This document shows positions 9,074 through 19,500 of a stretch of 64,000 nucleotides of DNA, piece after piece. Every line of letters begins with the position of its first letter. The first letter of the stretch is position 1. The stretch is from assembly GCA_963422735.1 (NCBI GenBank), contig OY730476.1, positions 128,001 through 192,000 of the forward strand. Reading direction: 5' to 3'. The notes beneath the pieces are model-generated. The model saw only the letters and a program-made list of their open reading frames with translations, was not told the origin of the DNA and ran no database searches. A program made the translations under genes and the position numbers. The DNA is from Candidatus Latescibacterota bacterium. Its GTDB lineage: Bacteria; Latescibacterota; UBA2968; UBA8231.

Positions 9074-11935
9074 ATGGATAAAAATACATTGGAAATGGCC
9101 TTGCAACAGGCCATCCAAGGCGAAGTGCGCTTTGACGCTGTTTCGCGCATGCTCTACCGTACCGACGCCAGCATCTACGAGATGGAGCCCCTAGGGCTGG
9201 TCGTGCCCAAAGACGAGGCCGATGTGGTCGCCGCGGTAAAAATTGCCGCTGAGCAAGGGGCGGCTATCTTGCCACGGGGCGGCGGTACGAGTTTGGCGGG
9301 TCAGTCGGTGGGAGCTGCGGTTCATCTCGATTTTTCCAAATACGTGAACCGGATCTTGGAGTTCGACCCAGACGAGCGCTGGGTCCGGGTCCAGCCGGGC
9401 TTAGTGCTCGACGAACTCAATGCCTACTTGCAGCCCTATGGCCTAATTTTTGCGCCCGATGTATCCACGAGCAGCCGGGCCAATATAGGCGGGATGATCG
9501 GCAACAATTCCTGCGGTGCACACTCTATTATATACGGCAAGACCATCGACCACGTACAGGAACTAAAGGTGGTGTTAGCCGATGGCTCGCAAGCGGTATT
9601 CGGGCCGCTAGACGACGAAGAGTGTGAACGCCGCGCGGGCTTGGCCAACCTCGAAGGTCGCATTTACCGCGAAGTCCGCCGCATCGTCCGCGAGCGCGAA
9701 GCGCATATCCGCGCAGGCTTTCCCCAGGTGAGGCGCCGCGTCTCGGGCTACAATCTCGACGAGTTCATCGACAGTGCTCCCTTTGACCTGAGCAAACTAG
9801 TCGTCGGCTCGGAGGGCACGCTCTGTGCGGTCGTCGAAGCGCGGTTGAACTTGGTTGAGTTGCCCGCGCACAAGGGCTTGGTGGCCGTCCACTTCCACGA
9901 CTTGGTCGAGGCCATGGAGGCCAATCTGACTGCGTTAGAAACCGCGCCTGTCGCCAGCGAGTTGATCGACAAGATTCTTCTCGACCAGACTAAAGGCTCG
10001 GCCGAGCACGCCCCGAGCCGTCGCTTCCTCACCGGCGATCCAGCAGCCCTGCTCATAGTCGAGTACTACGCGGACTCCAAGGCCGATCTGGGCTGTAAGC
10101 TGGACGAGTTGGAAGAGCAATTGCGGAAGCGCGGGATGGGCTACGCGTTTGCGCGGGCCGTGGACGCCGGAGATCAGAAGGCGCTCTGGGAACTGCGCAA
10201 GGCCGGGTTGGGGCTTTTGATGGGCATGAAGGGCGACCCCAAGCCCCATCCAGGGGTGGAAGATACCTGCGTCCCGGTAGCCAAGCTGCCCGAGTACGTC
10301 CGCCGAGTGGTCGCGCTGATGGAGGAATTGGGGATTGAGGCCGAATACTATGGGCACGCGAGCGTCGGCCTGTTGCACATCCGGCCGATCTTCAACCTCA
10401 AAGACCCCGAGGGCATAAAGCTCCTGCGCCAGATCGAGGAGCGCATGAGCGATATGGTGCGCGAATACGGCGGAGCCATGTCGGGCGAGCACGGAGACGG
10501 CTTGGCTCGCAGCGAGTGGATTGCCAAGATGTTTAGCCCGGCGTTAGTCGCGGCGTTTGTCGAGATTAAGGACGCCTTTGATCCACAGGGGATTATGAAC
10601 CCCGGCAAGATCACCCGCCCCCCTCGGATGGACGAGAATCTGCGCTACCACGAGGAGTATCAGACGCCTAAGGTGGAGACGTTTTTCAGCTTTAGCGAGG
10701 CGGGCGGCTTCCAGGAAGCCATTGAAATGTGCTCCGGGGTGGGCCACTGCCGCAAAAAGCTGGTGGGCACGATGTGCCCTTCGTACATGGCGACCTTAGA
10801 CGAGGAGCACACCACTCGCGGCCGGGCCAATGCCTTGCGCGCCGCGCTCGCCGGCACGTTGCCCGACGGCCTGCACAGCCAAGAGGTCCACCGCGTGATG
10901 GACCTCTGCTTGGAGTGCAAAGCCTGCAAGGCCGAGTGCCCATCGAGCGTGGATATGGCCAAGCTCAAGTACGAATTTCTCGCCCACTACCATCGCGAAC
11001 ACGGCTATTCGCTGCGGTCGCGGCTTTTTGCCGACATAGCCCGCATTAGTCGCTTGGGATCGGCGCTGGCACCGCTGTCGAATTGGATAGGCCGCAGCGG
11101 GTTCAATCGCTGGCTGTTGGATGCGTTTTTGGGCATTGACCGGCGGCGGCGACTGCCGGCCTTTGCCCGCCAGCCGTTTTCGCGCTGGTTCGCCGGCCGC
11201 CGGCCGGTCCACAGCCACAGCACCAAGGGCCGCGTCGTGCTCTTCAACGACACCTTCGTCGAATACAACGAGCCGGCCATTGGCATGGCGGCGACGATCA
11301 TCTTGGAGCACGCCGGGTACGAGGTCGTCTTGGTCGCAAACAAAGTCTGTTGCGGCCGACCGTTCATATCCAAGGGCTTTCTCGACCGCGCTCGCGCCTT
11401 GGCGCAGCGCAATGTGGAGGTACTCGCGCCTTGGGTTGCTGAAGGGGTGCCGATTATTGGGCTAGAGCCGAGTTGCGCGTCGGCTCTCAGCGACGATTAT
11501 CTGGACTTGGTTGACGATCCGCAAAGCCAGCGCGTGGCCGAGCAGGTCGTCCTGCTCGAGGACTTTCTCGTCCGCGAGTCCCCGCTTGATTTGGAGTTCA
11601 CCCAGACCGCCCGCCGTATTTTGGTGCATGGCCACTGCCATCAGAAAGCCCTAACGGGAACGGCCGCGACATTGGCCGTGCTCAACATGCCGCCCCACTT
11701 TTGCGCCGAGGAAATCCCGTCGGGCTGCTGCGGCATGGCCGGCAGCTTCGGCTACGAGAAGGAGCACTTTGAAATATCGCGCACAGTGGGGCAGGATCGG
11801 CTCTTTGCCGTGCTAGAGGCGACAGCAGAGGACGTGGAGATTGCGGCTGTGGGCACTTCGTGTCGCCACCAGATTGCCGATTTTACCGGGCGTCGGGCGC
11901 GGCATTGGGCCGAAATTTTCGTCGAAGCACTCTAA
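9074..11935 (+). CDS. FAD-binding and Fe-S oxidoreductase (GlcD-GlcF/YdiJ-like fusion)
   Basis: PRGGGTSLAGQ, GSEGT, SGEHGDG, CLECKACKAECP ferredoxin motif, two CCG domains. Confidence 0.92.
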   Translation: MDKNTLEMALQQAIQGEVRFDAVSRMLYRTDASIYEMEPLGLVVPKDEADVVAAVKIAAEQGAAILPRGGGTSLAGQSVGAAVHLDFSKYVNRILEFDPDERWVRVQPGLVLDELNAYLQPYGLIFAPDVSTSSRANIGGMIGNNSCGAHSIIYGKTIDHVQELKVVLADGSQAVFGPLDDEECERRAGLANLEGRIYREVRRIVREREAHIRAGFPQVRRRVSGYNLDEFIDSAPFDLSKLVVGSEGTLCAVVEARLNLVELPAHKGLVAVHFHDLVEAMEANLTALETAPVASELIDKILLDQTKGSAEHAPSRRFLTGDPAALLIVEYYADSKADLGCKLDELEEQLRKRGMGYAFARAVDAGDQKALWELRKAGLGLLMGMKGDPKPHPGVEDTCVPVAKLPEYVRRVVALMEELGIEAEYYGHASVGLLHIRPIFNLKDPEGIKLLRQIEERMSDMVREYGGAMSGEHGDGLARSEWIAKMFSPALVAAFVEIKDAFDPQGIMNPGKITRPPRMDENLRYHEEYQTPKVETFFSFSEAGGFQEAIEMCSGVGHCRKKLVGTMCPSYMATLDEEHTTRGRANALRAALAGTLPDGLHSQEVHRVMDLCLECKACKAECPSSVDMAKLKYEFLAHYHREHGYSLRSRLFADIARISRLGSALAPLSNWIGRSGFNRWLLDAFLGIDRRRRLPAFARQPFSRWFAGRRPVHSHSTKGRVVLFNDTFVEYNEPAIGMAATIILEHAGYEVVLVANKVCCGRPFISKGFLDRARALAQRNVEVLAPWVAEGVPIIGLEPSCASALSDDYLDLVDDPQSQRVAEQVVLLEDFLVRESPLDLEFTQTARRILVHGHCHQKALTGTAATLAVLNMPPHFCAEEIPSGCCGMAGSFGYEKEHFEISRTVGQDRLFAVLEATAEDVEIAAVGTSCRHQIADFTGRRARHWAEIFVEAL

Positions 11936-11955
11936 CGCCAAGCGAAAGGGATTTT

Positions 11956-12480
11956 ATGGCATTTAACGTCAAGCAACGCGGCCGACTGACGTATTACTAC
12001 GGCGGCGATCACCCGACCTTATCGGCCTTGGTTACCGAAGCACTGGACAACGGCGACTTGAAAATTTACTTCGCCGGCTTGACCGGCGGGCATTCGGCAC
12101 AGGGGCTCCTTGACCGCGACGAACTGGTGAGGATGACGCCTGCTGTCGAGGTTGAGTTGGTGTTCCGCTGTTGGGAGAAGTGGCTGCGGGAAGCCGAGAT
12201 TTGCGACTCGATTGACCAGATAGATTTCATTGAAGTACACGCTTTCGGTGCCCAGCCCAAGGACGTGAACCCGCTGACCGATCCACGGCGTTTTCACGAG
12301 GAGCAACAGCGGCTCTACCAAGAGTACGCCCAAGCCTATAGCCGCTTTTTCCGCGACTGTATGCCCGACGCCGGGGTGCCGGCCCGCTTCACGGTTCACG
12401 TGGTTGATTTCCCGGACAAGGCGGCTGCCTATGAATTTTACAGCGTCGGTCTGTACCAAAAGGCCCTACACGGAGCGTGA
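11956..12480 (+). CDS. Hypothetical protein, divergent Rid (YjgF/RidA)-like
   Basis: IYFAGLTG and YSRFF...PARFTVHVVDFP...YEF resemble Rid motifs; RBS AAAGGG. Confidence 0.55.
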   Translation: MAFNVKQRGRLTYYYGGDHPTLSALVTEALDNGDLKIYFAGLTGGHSAQGLLDRDELVRMTPAVEVELVFRCWEKWLREAEICDSIDQIDFIEVHAFGAQPKDVNPLTDPRRFHEEQQRLYQEYAQAYSRFFRDCMPDAGVPARFTVHVVDFPDKAAAYEFYSVGLYQKALHGA

Positions 12481-12483
12481 GTC

Positions 12484-12597
12484 ATGCCGATTTTTGAATA
12501 TACGTGCAAGAAAGGGTGCGACGCCGGGCTTGGCACCAGAAACGACAGTGAATCCAGCCTTTTGCACCAAAATAAAATGACACATATCAACCCCTGA
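12484..12597 (+). pseudogene. Truncated FmdB-family zinc-ribbon gene at the left island border
   Basis: MPIFEYTCKKGC matches the MPxYEYxCxxC start; the second CPxC knuckle is absent and the ORF stops at 37 aa. Confidence 0.55.
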
Positions 12598-12623
12598 GCT
12601 TCGTGGGAATTGCAGGGTTCCCA

Positions 12624-15600
12624 ATGCAGCACGACAAACACATACTGGACAACCGCGACCGCACCGTCGCCGACTATCTGCGCACCCACCTGCCGGACGC
12701 GACAGTCTTTCGCTTGGTTTCGGCGTATTTCAGCATTTACGGGTACGAGACGCTGCAAGGCCAACTGCGCGGTATCAAAGACGTGCGCTTTCTCTTTGGT
12801 GCCCCGGCGTCGGTCGGCGAATTAGACCTTGGGGGGCAAGCGCCAAAATCTTTTGACCTGAGTGAAAAGGGATTGTCGCCCAACCACGCCTTGCAGCAGA
12901 AATACCTCGCACAGCAATGCGCCGCATGGGTACAAAGCCGGCGGGTCAAAATCCGCTCCATCAGCCAAGCCAATTTTCTGCACGGCAAGATGTATCTCAC
13001 CGAATCGGCCAGCGGCGCGGCCGTGGTCGGCAGCTCCAACTTCACCCGGCGCGGGCTGGGCTGCGGTACAGGCGCGAATTTGGAGATCAATCTGGCGACC
13101 AGCGATGAGGGCATCTGCGCTGAACTGCAAACGTGGTTCGACGATTTGTGGACGGACAAGGCGCTGACCAAGGATGTGAAACAAGACGTGCTGGCCGCGC
13201 TGAATCGCATAGGCCGAGACCACGCGCCCGAACTCGTCTATTACAAAACCCTGTACGCGCTGTTCCGGGATGACATTGAAGCCAGAAGGGACGGCGAAAG
13301 ACAACTGGCGGATGTACACCTGTACGACACCCAAGTCTGGAACGCTTTGTACGACTTCCAAAAGGACGGTGCCAAAAGCGCCATTGCCCGCCTGTTGCGG
13401 CACAACGGCTGCATCTTGGCCGACAGCGTCGGGCTGGGGAAAACCTATACGGCGTTGGCGGTCATCAGGTTCTTTGAACTGAGAAATGAACGGGTACTGG
13501 TCTTATGTCCCAAAAAACTGCGCGACAATTGGGCACTCTATCCGGATTACACCGCAAATACGAACAACCCTTTTGACAAGGATCGCTTCGGTTACACGCT
13601 GTTGTCACACACCGATTTGTCCCGCGACCAAGGCAAAGCCGGGGATGTTGATCTGGCCCAGTTCAACTGGCGCAATTTTGACTTGGTGGTGATTGACGAA
13701 TCGCATAACTTCCGCAACGCCAGCGTAAGCCGTCGAGACGAAACAGGCAAAATCATCCGCCTTAGCCGCTACGAGCGACTCCTCGAAGAAGTCATCAGAC
13801 AAGGAGCCAAAACAAAGGTACTGATGCTTTCGGCCACACCGGTGAACACCTCGCTCATAGACCTGCGCAATCAGGTCTATCTGATGACCGAAAAGCGCGA
13901 AGACGTCTTCCGAGACAGTTTGGGCATCGGCCACATCGGCGTTCTGCTCGGGCAGGCGCAAAAGGCGTTTCAGAAGTGGGAAGAGGACGGCCAAAAAGAC
14001 AAGACGGCGTTGCTGGAAAAATTGGGTGCCGATTTTTTTCGTTTACTCGGGGGTGTTTCCATTTCCCGCTCGCGGCGGCAGATCAAAAAATTCTACGCCG
14101 AGGAAATGAGCCGTATCGGCGAGTTCCCAACCCGCCAAAAACCGCAAAATTATTATCCGCCAACCGATTTGCAAGGCGTTTTATCCTACACGGATTTGTC
14201 CGAGCAGATAGAGCAATTCGCCCTGTCCATCTACCGGCCCTCCACGTACGTTGCCAGCGAACAGGCAAAGCAGCGCTTGGCCAAAGAAAAGCAAGAGCAA
14301 CACTTCAATCAGCTAGACCGCGAACGCTTTTTGATCGGTATGATGCGGGTGAACTTTCTGAAACGGCTGGAGAGCTCGGCCCACTCACTCACGGAAACGC
14401 TCAGTCGCGCTATTGGCAAAATAGACGCCCTGCTGAAAAAGATAGAACGGTACGAACAGCAACAGACCCTACAGGACGCCCAAGCTGACATCCTGCCGGA
14501 CGACGATGAAGACGACGAGGACTTTCTGATCAATCGGGCGCGGAACCCGTATCACCTCCAGGAATTGGACCTGCCGCGTTGGAAAACGGACTTGCTGAAA
14601 GACCGGAAGACCCTGACAGGAGCGTGGAAAAAGGTTGCAGCTATTGCGCCCGAGCGCGACGGCAAGCTACAGGATCTTCAGCAACGCATCCGTGAAAAGA
14701 CGCAAAATCCGACGACCGACCAAGACGGCAATCCCAACCGCAAGCTGCTGGTATTCACCACTTTCAAAGATACCGCCCGATACCTATACGACAACCTGAC
14801 CGACTTGGCCGCCGAACTGGGCATCAACATGGCAATGGTGTCTGGCGATGCAACCCGTGTTATCACTGGCACCAACCACTTTAACGACATTCTGACCAAT
14901 TTCGCCCCGCGGGCCCGCGGACGTACCAAAGACCTGAGCGGCGACATTGACGTATTGATCGCCACCGACTGCATCTCGGAGGGACAAAACCTGCAAGATT
15001 GCGACACGGTCTTGAACTACGACATCCACTGGAATCCGGTGCGTCTCATTCAGCGCTTTGGGCGGGTTGACCGCATCGGCAGCCGTCACAAGTCGATACG
15101 GATGATCAACTACTGGCCGACGCAGGACATGGAGGTGTATTTGCGCCTGCGAAGTCGAGTGGCAGCCCGCATGGCCTTGGCGGACGCGGCGGCCAGCGGC
15201 AACGAGGACCCGCTCAACGAATCCGCTTTTGAACAGGCCCAGATGGAACTGAATTTCCGCGACCAGCAATTGCAACAACTGCGCGAAGAGGTGCTGGACT
15301 TGGACGATTTGTCCGACGGCGTGGTCATGAGCGATTTTACCCTGGATTACTTCTTTGCCCAACTGCTGAGCTATCTGGAGAAAAACAAGGCGGAATTGGA
15401 AGCGACCCCTAACGGCGCATACGCGGTCACACAAGGCGAGGACAATACTATAAGACCGGGGGTGCTGTTTTTTCTGCGTCAGCGCAACGCGAGTGCGGAC
15501 AAACAGGAAAAGATCGCCAGCCCAATTCATCCGTATTATGCGGTGTATATCCGCAATAGCGGCGACATTCGCTATAGTTGCACCAACGCCCGACAGGTGT

Positions 15601-15896
15601 TGGAGGTATTTGAAGCGTCGGCAATTGGCAAGACCAAACCGCTGCAAAAGCTGTGCGACCAGTTTGACCGCGAAATTCAGAACGGCACTGACATGAGCCA
15701 TTACGACACACTGTTGGACGCAGTGATTACCCACATCAGCAGGGCAAACACCACAACCCAAATAACACATCTGGGGATTGGCGGTCAGCGCGACATCAAA
15801 CTGCCCGTGCAATCCGCTAGTCCGAGCAACGGCGATTTCGAGTTGGTCACGTGGCTCGTTGTGCTTGAATCGCAGGCTGACCACAGGACAAAATAG
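12624..15896 (+). CDS. PLD(HKD)-nuclease / SNF2-type helicase fusion, RM-associated
   Basis: FLHGKMY...GSSNFT, ADSVGLGKT, DESHN, SATPVN, SEGQNLQ, QRFGRVDRIG. Confidence 0.9.
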   Translation: MQHDKHILDNRDRTVADYLRTHLPDATVFRLVSAYFSIYGYETLQGQLRGIKDVRFLFGAPASVGELDLGGQAPKSFDLSEKGLSPNHALQQKYLAQQCAAWVQSRRVKIRSISQANFLHGKMYLTESASGAAVVGSSNFTRRGLGCGTGANLEINLATSDEGICAELQTWFDDLWTDKALTKDVKQDVLAALNRIGRDHAPELVYYKTLYALFRDDIEARRDGERQLADVHLYDTQVWNALYDFQKDGAKSAIARLLRHNGCILADSVGLGKTYTALAVIRFFELRNERVLVLCPKKLRDNWALYPDYTANTNNPFDKDRFGYTLLSHTDLSRDQGKAGDVDLAQFNWRNFDLVVIDESHNFRNASVSRRDETGKIIRLSRYERLLEEVIRQGAKTKVLMLSATPVNTSLIDLRNQVYLMTEKREDVFRDSLGIGHIGVLLGQAQKAFQKWEEDGQKDKTALLEKLGADFFRLLGGVSISRSRRQIKKFYAEEMSRIGEFPTRQKPQNYYPPTDLQGVLSYTDLSEQIEQFALSIYRPSTYVASEQAKQRLAKEKQEQHFNQLDRERFLIGMMRVNFLKRLESSAHSLTETLSRAIGKIDALLKKIERYEQQQTLQDAQADILPDDDEDDEDFLINRARNPYHLQELDLPRWKTDLLKDRKTLTGAWKKVAAIAPERDGKLQDLQQRIREKTQNPTTDQDGNPNRKLLVFTTFKDTARYLYDNLTDLAAELGINMAMVSGDATRVITGTNHFNDILTNFAPRARGRTKDLSGDIDVLIATDCISEGQNLQDCDTVLNYDIHWNPVRLIQRFGRVDRIGSRHKSIRMINYWPTQDMEVYLRLRSRVAARMALADAAASGNEDPLNESAFEQAQMELNFRDQQLQQLREEVLDLDDLSDGVVMSDFTLDYFFAQLLSYLEKNKAELEATPNGAYAVTQGEDNTIRPGVLFFLRQRNASADKQEKIASPIHPYYAVYIRNSGDIRYSCTNARQVLEVFEASAIGKTKPLQKLCDQFDREIQNGTDMSHYDTLLDAVITHISRANTTTQITHLGIGGQRDIKLPVQSASPSNGDFELVTWLVVLESQADHRTK

Positions 15897-15910
15897 GCGA
15901 GGTAATCACC

Positions 15911-16234
15911 ATGCCGGATTTTACAGAAGAAGATCTACTGTGCATTCTCACCGCCGGCGAATCCGACCGCGTCGAGTTCAAGGAGTCTTTATCCGGCGAC
16001 GCCGCCACCAGAATCAGGGAAGCCATCTGCGCCTTTGCCAACGATTTGGCCGGTCACGACAAACCCGGTTTTGTGTTCGTAGGCGTGAAGGACGACCGAA
16101 CAATGGGTGATCTCGCGGTCACAGATTCGTTGCTCCGACGGTTGGCCGAGATGAAAACCGACGGCAATATCCTGCCGCCGCCCTCGCTGGCCGTGGAGAA
16201 GCGTACGCCTGAACCGCCCAGTCCGGGCGTATGA
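15911..16234 (+). pseudogene. 5' fragment of an AlbA_2 (Schlafen-like) domain protein
   Basis: GESDRVEFKES...AICAFAND...G.VFVGVKDD; similarity ends near 16205. Confidence 0.7.
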
Positions 16235-16526
16235 CAAGTGGGTGAACCGGATGCCGGAAGAATACGCCCGAAATCTACTGGACGATAAAGAAGGGCCTTA
16301 CCCAGAGACACCGGCCCAAGACCATAAACACGCCCTCGCCACCGTGAAGCACTATCGGAGCCTCGTGCCACTGGCACAGGAAGCACGCAAGCCCATTTTT
16401 CACCTCACCCCGGCCGACGGAGCCATTGGCAGCCATGCGGTTGCCGCCACCGACGCCCGCCACGATTTCAGGGCTTTGGCGACAAAGATAGTACACAAAA
16501 TCGGGCTTGGCCCGAGTCTCGAATAA
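16206..16526 (+). pseudogene. 3' fragment of a ParA-family protein
   Basis: RLNRPVRAYDKWVNRMP...YRSLVPLAQEARKPIFHL..ADGAIGSH; the N-terminal Walker A region is absent. Confidence 0.6.
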
Positions 16527-16548
16527 CCCGCCTCAGAAAAGAAGAAAC

Positions 16549-19500
16549 ATGGACCGAGCAAAAGGGCATAGACGCACTGACACGCTGGTAGAAGCGGTGA
16601 AAGCCGGCCTTGCGGCAATGCCAACTGACGATGTATTGACAACGGCTCAAAACCTGCTCGGGGTTCTGGGCTACCGGAGCAGCCGCACGCTGCACGGCCA
16701 GTCCGGCAATGTTGACGACTTCATCAGGCAGTTCCCCGCTCCCAAGTCCAACACGGCGACCGAACAGGCGTTCCGCGAAAATGTCCAATCCGTACAGTTC
16801 GTCTTTCAACTCACAAGTGATGAAATTGCCTCAGCCAGTCAGCCAACGCTCGGGCTTGAGACCGCTTCCTTTGACACAGGACACCAGCAGAGTTTTTTCT
16901 TTTTCGCCGTTGAGTTGAAGGAAGCCAGCTACGCCCGGAGCAAATACGCCGAGTTCACGCGCGAGCTGAACAAGCGACTGATTGCGCCAACGGTGGTGCT
17001 TTTCAAGACTGCGGACAATAGCCTCACGTTGGCTTTTGTTCACCGCCGGCAACACAGATATGACCCGAGCCGTGATGTATTGGGCAGTGTGTCGCTGGTG
17101 CGTGACATCAATCCAACCCAGCCGCACCGCGCTCACCTGGACATCCTGGCCGAACTGTCGCTGGAACATCTTCTGTCTTGGATGAGCGACCACAACAAGT
17201 CCCATGATTTCGATGGCCTGCTCGCGGCTTGGCTGGACGCGCTCGACACCGAGGAGCTGAACCGCCGCTTCTACAAGGACCTGTTTGAATGGTTTGATAA
17301 CGCCGTCCAAGAAGCGACCTTCCCCACCAACCAAGCCCGTACGCTGCCCCCCGAAGAACACATCATCCGCCTCATTACTCGCCTGCTGTTCGTCTGGTTC
17401 ATCAAGGAGAAAAGGCTGATTGCGGAGGATTTGTTCAACGAGACGAAAATCTCAGACCTGTTAAAAAACTACGACCGCGACACGGGCGATTCGTACTACC
17501 GCGCCGTGCTGCAAAACCTGTTTTTCGCCACCCTGAACACCGAGATAGGCAAGCGTGGCTTCAGCACAACGACAAACACAACGCACCGCGATTTTTCGCT
17601 GTATCGGTATAAACAAGAGATTGTTGACCCGGAAAAACTGCTGGCCTTATTTGCCCACACGCCATTCATCAACGGCGGCCTGTTTGACTGCTTGGACAGT
17701 GAAGAAGGCATCCGGGACGGCGGCTACCGGATTGACTGCTTTTCTGACAACGAGCGGCATTACACCAAGTTGAGCCTTCCCAACCGTCTGTTCTTTGGCG
17801 AACATGGGCTGATTCCCCTGTTCAACCGCTACAAGTTCACGGTGGAGGAGAACACGCCGGTTGAGCAGGAAGTGGCGTTAGACCCGGAGCTTCTGGGCAA
17901 GGTGTTCGAGAATCTGCTGGCCGCCTACAACCCGGAAACCCGCCAAACCGCCCGCAAGCAGACCGGATCGTATTACACGCCGCGTCCGGTGGTGGACTAC
18001 ATGGTGGACGAGGCACTGCTGGCATCGCTCGCGCAGCAATGCCAGCCAACCGACGGCGACGCCACGTTCTGGCAGGAGCGGCTGCGGTATCTCTTGAATT
18101 ATGAGGATGCTTTCAGCGATGCAGACGAACTGTTTGACAAGGACGAAGCAGCAGGCATCGTGCGCACTATTGCGGGCCTCAAGATACTCGACCCGGCGGT
18201 TGGCTCTGGTGCTTTTCCGATGGGTGTCTTGCACAAGCTGACCCTGGCGTTGAGAAGAATCGACCCCGACAACACCCGCTGGGCAGCCCTGCAAAAAGAA
18301 CGCGCCCAACAAAAGGCGGACGCAGCGTTCGAGACCAAAGACCGGCACGAGCGCGATGCAGAACTGCTGGAAATCAGCGAAACCTTTGAAAAGTATGCGG
18401 GCGACTTCGGGCGCAAGCTGTACCTGATTCAAAACAGCATCTTCGGCGTGGACATTCAGCCCATCGCCTGTCAGATTGCCAAGCTGCGCTTTTTCATCTC
18501 GCTGGCGATTGAACAGGAAGCCAACAACAACCCCAGTGACAACTACGGCATCAAGCCTCTGCCCAATCTGGAAACGCGCTTCATCGGGGCAGATGCGCTA
18601 CTGGAGCTCGAGGCTGCGGATCAACTGGACTTGTTCCGCCAGCAAATTGAGAGCCTGAAAACGAGACTGGCGAAAAACCGCGAGCGGCATTTTCACGCGC
18701 CCACGCGCCCACAAAAGCTGGCGTGCAAGAACGAGGACAAAAGATTGCGCCAAGCGTTGGCGAGGGAATTGAACTCCGCCGGCCTTCCCGAAGATGAAGC
18801 CAACAAAATCGCCCACTGGGACCCCTACGATCAGAATGCAACGGCGGCTTGGTTCGATGCCGAATATATGTTTGGCAACCGGGACGGCTTTGACGTGGTG
18901 CTGGGCAATCCGCCGTATGTCGAGTCAAGGAATAGTCTGCTAACTTCCAAACTGAAAGAGGCTTATCGCTCACAAGTTTTGGTTGATTGGGGAGACACTT
19001 TACCGCGTGGTAGTGACCTGCTGGTTTATTTCTATCCTCGTGCAGTGAAATTCCTCAGTAGTCAGGGCGGTATGGGTTGTTTCATAACTCAGAACGCTTG
19101 GCTTAGCACTGATTACGGCAAGAAATTCCAAGACTTTTCGCTTGGGAGGTTCTCGTTTGAGAGAATTATAGACACCTCCGCCAAGTTCTTCTCCGACGTT
19201 AAGAGCCAGAACATAAATGCAGTTATCACCATGTTCACAAGGGAACCGCTTGACAAAATGGCGTATGGCGTTGCGGATGCTGACATGGTGGTCACCCCGG
19301 TCAAGGCTATCTCGGCGAAGCAGAAAATGAAATGGGGGCATGTCTTTTCGATGCCGCCATTTTTTGCGTATATCCTGGAACATTTGCGATCTACATCCAG
19401 AAAGGAAAGTCCGTTCGCCTTTGGCCAGGGGTTGAACTTCCCGAAGGCAGAGTTGAATGACCCTGATGTTACGGTTCCAGTTATCGTGAGAGATTCAGGT

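Noticed and set aside
14784-15884. 366-aa antisense ORF, and the many other long shadow ORFs
   Set aside because: They lie antisense to well-supported genes, are expected in GC-rich DNA, and have no motifs.
18619-18637. QLDLF clamp-like motif inside the methyltransferase
   Set aside because: A short motif in a variable linker that cannot be distinguished from chance.
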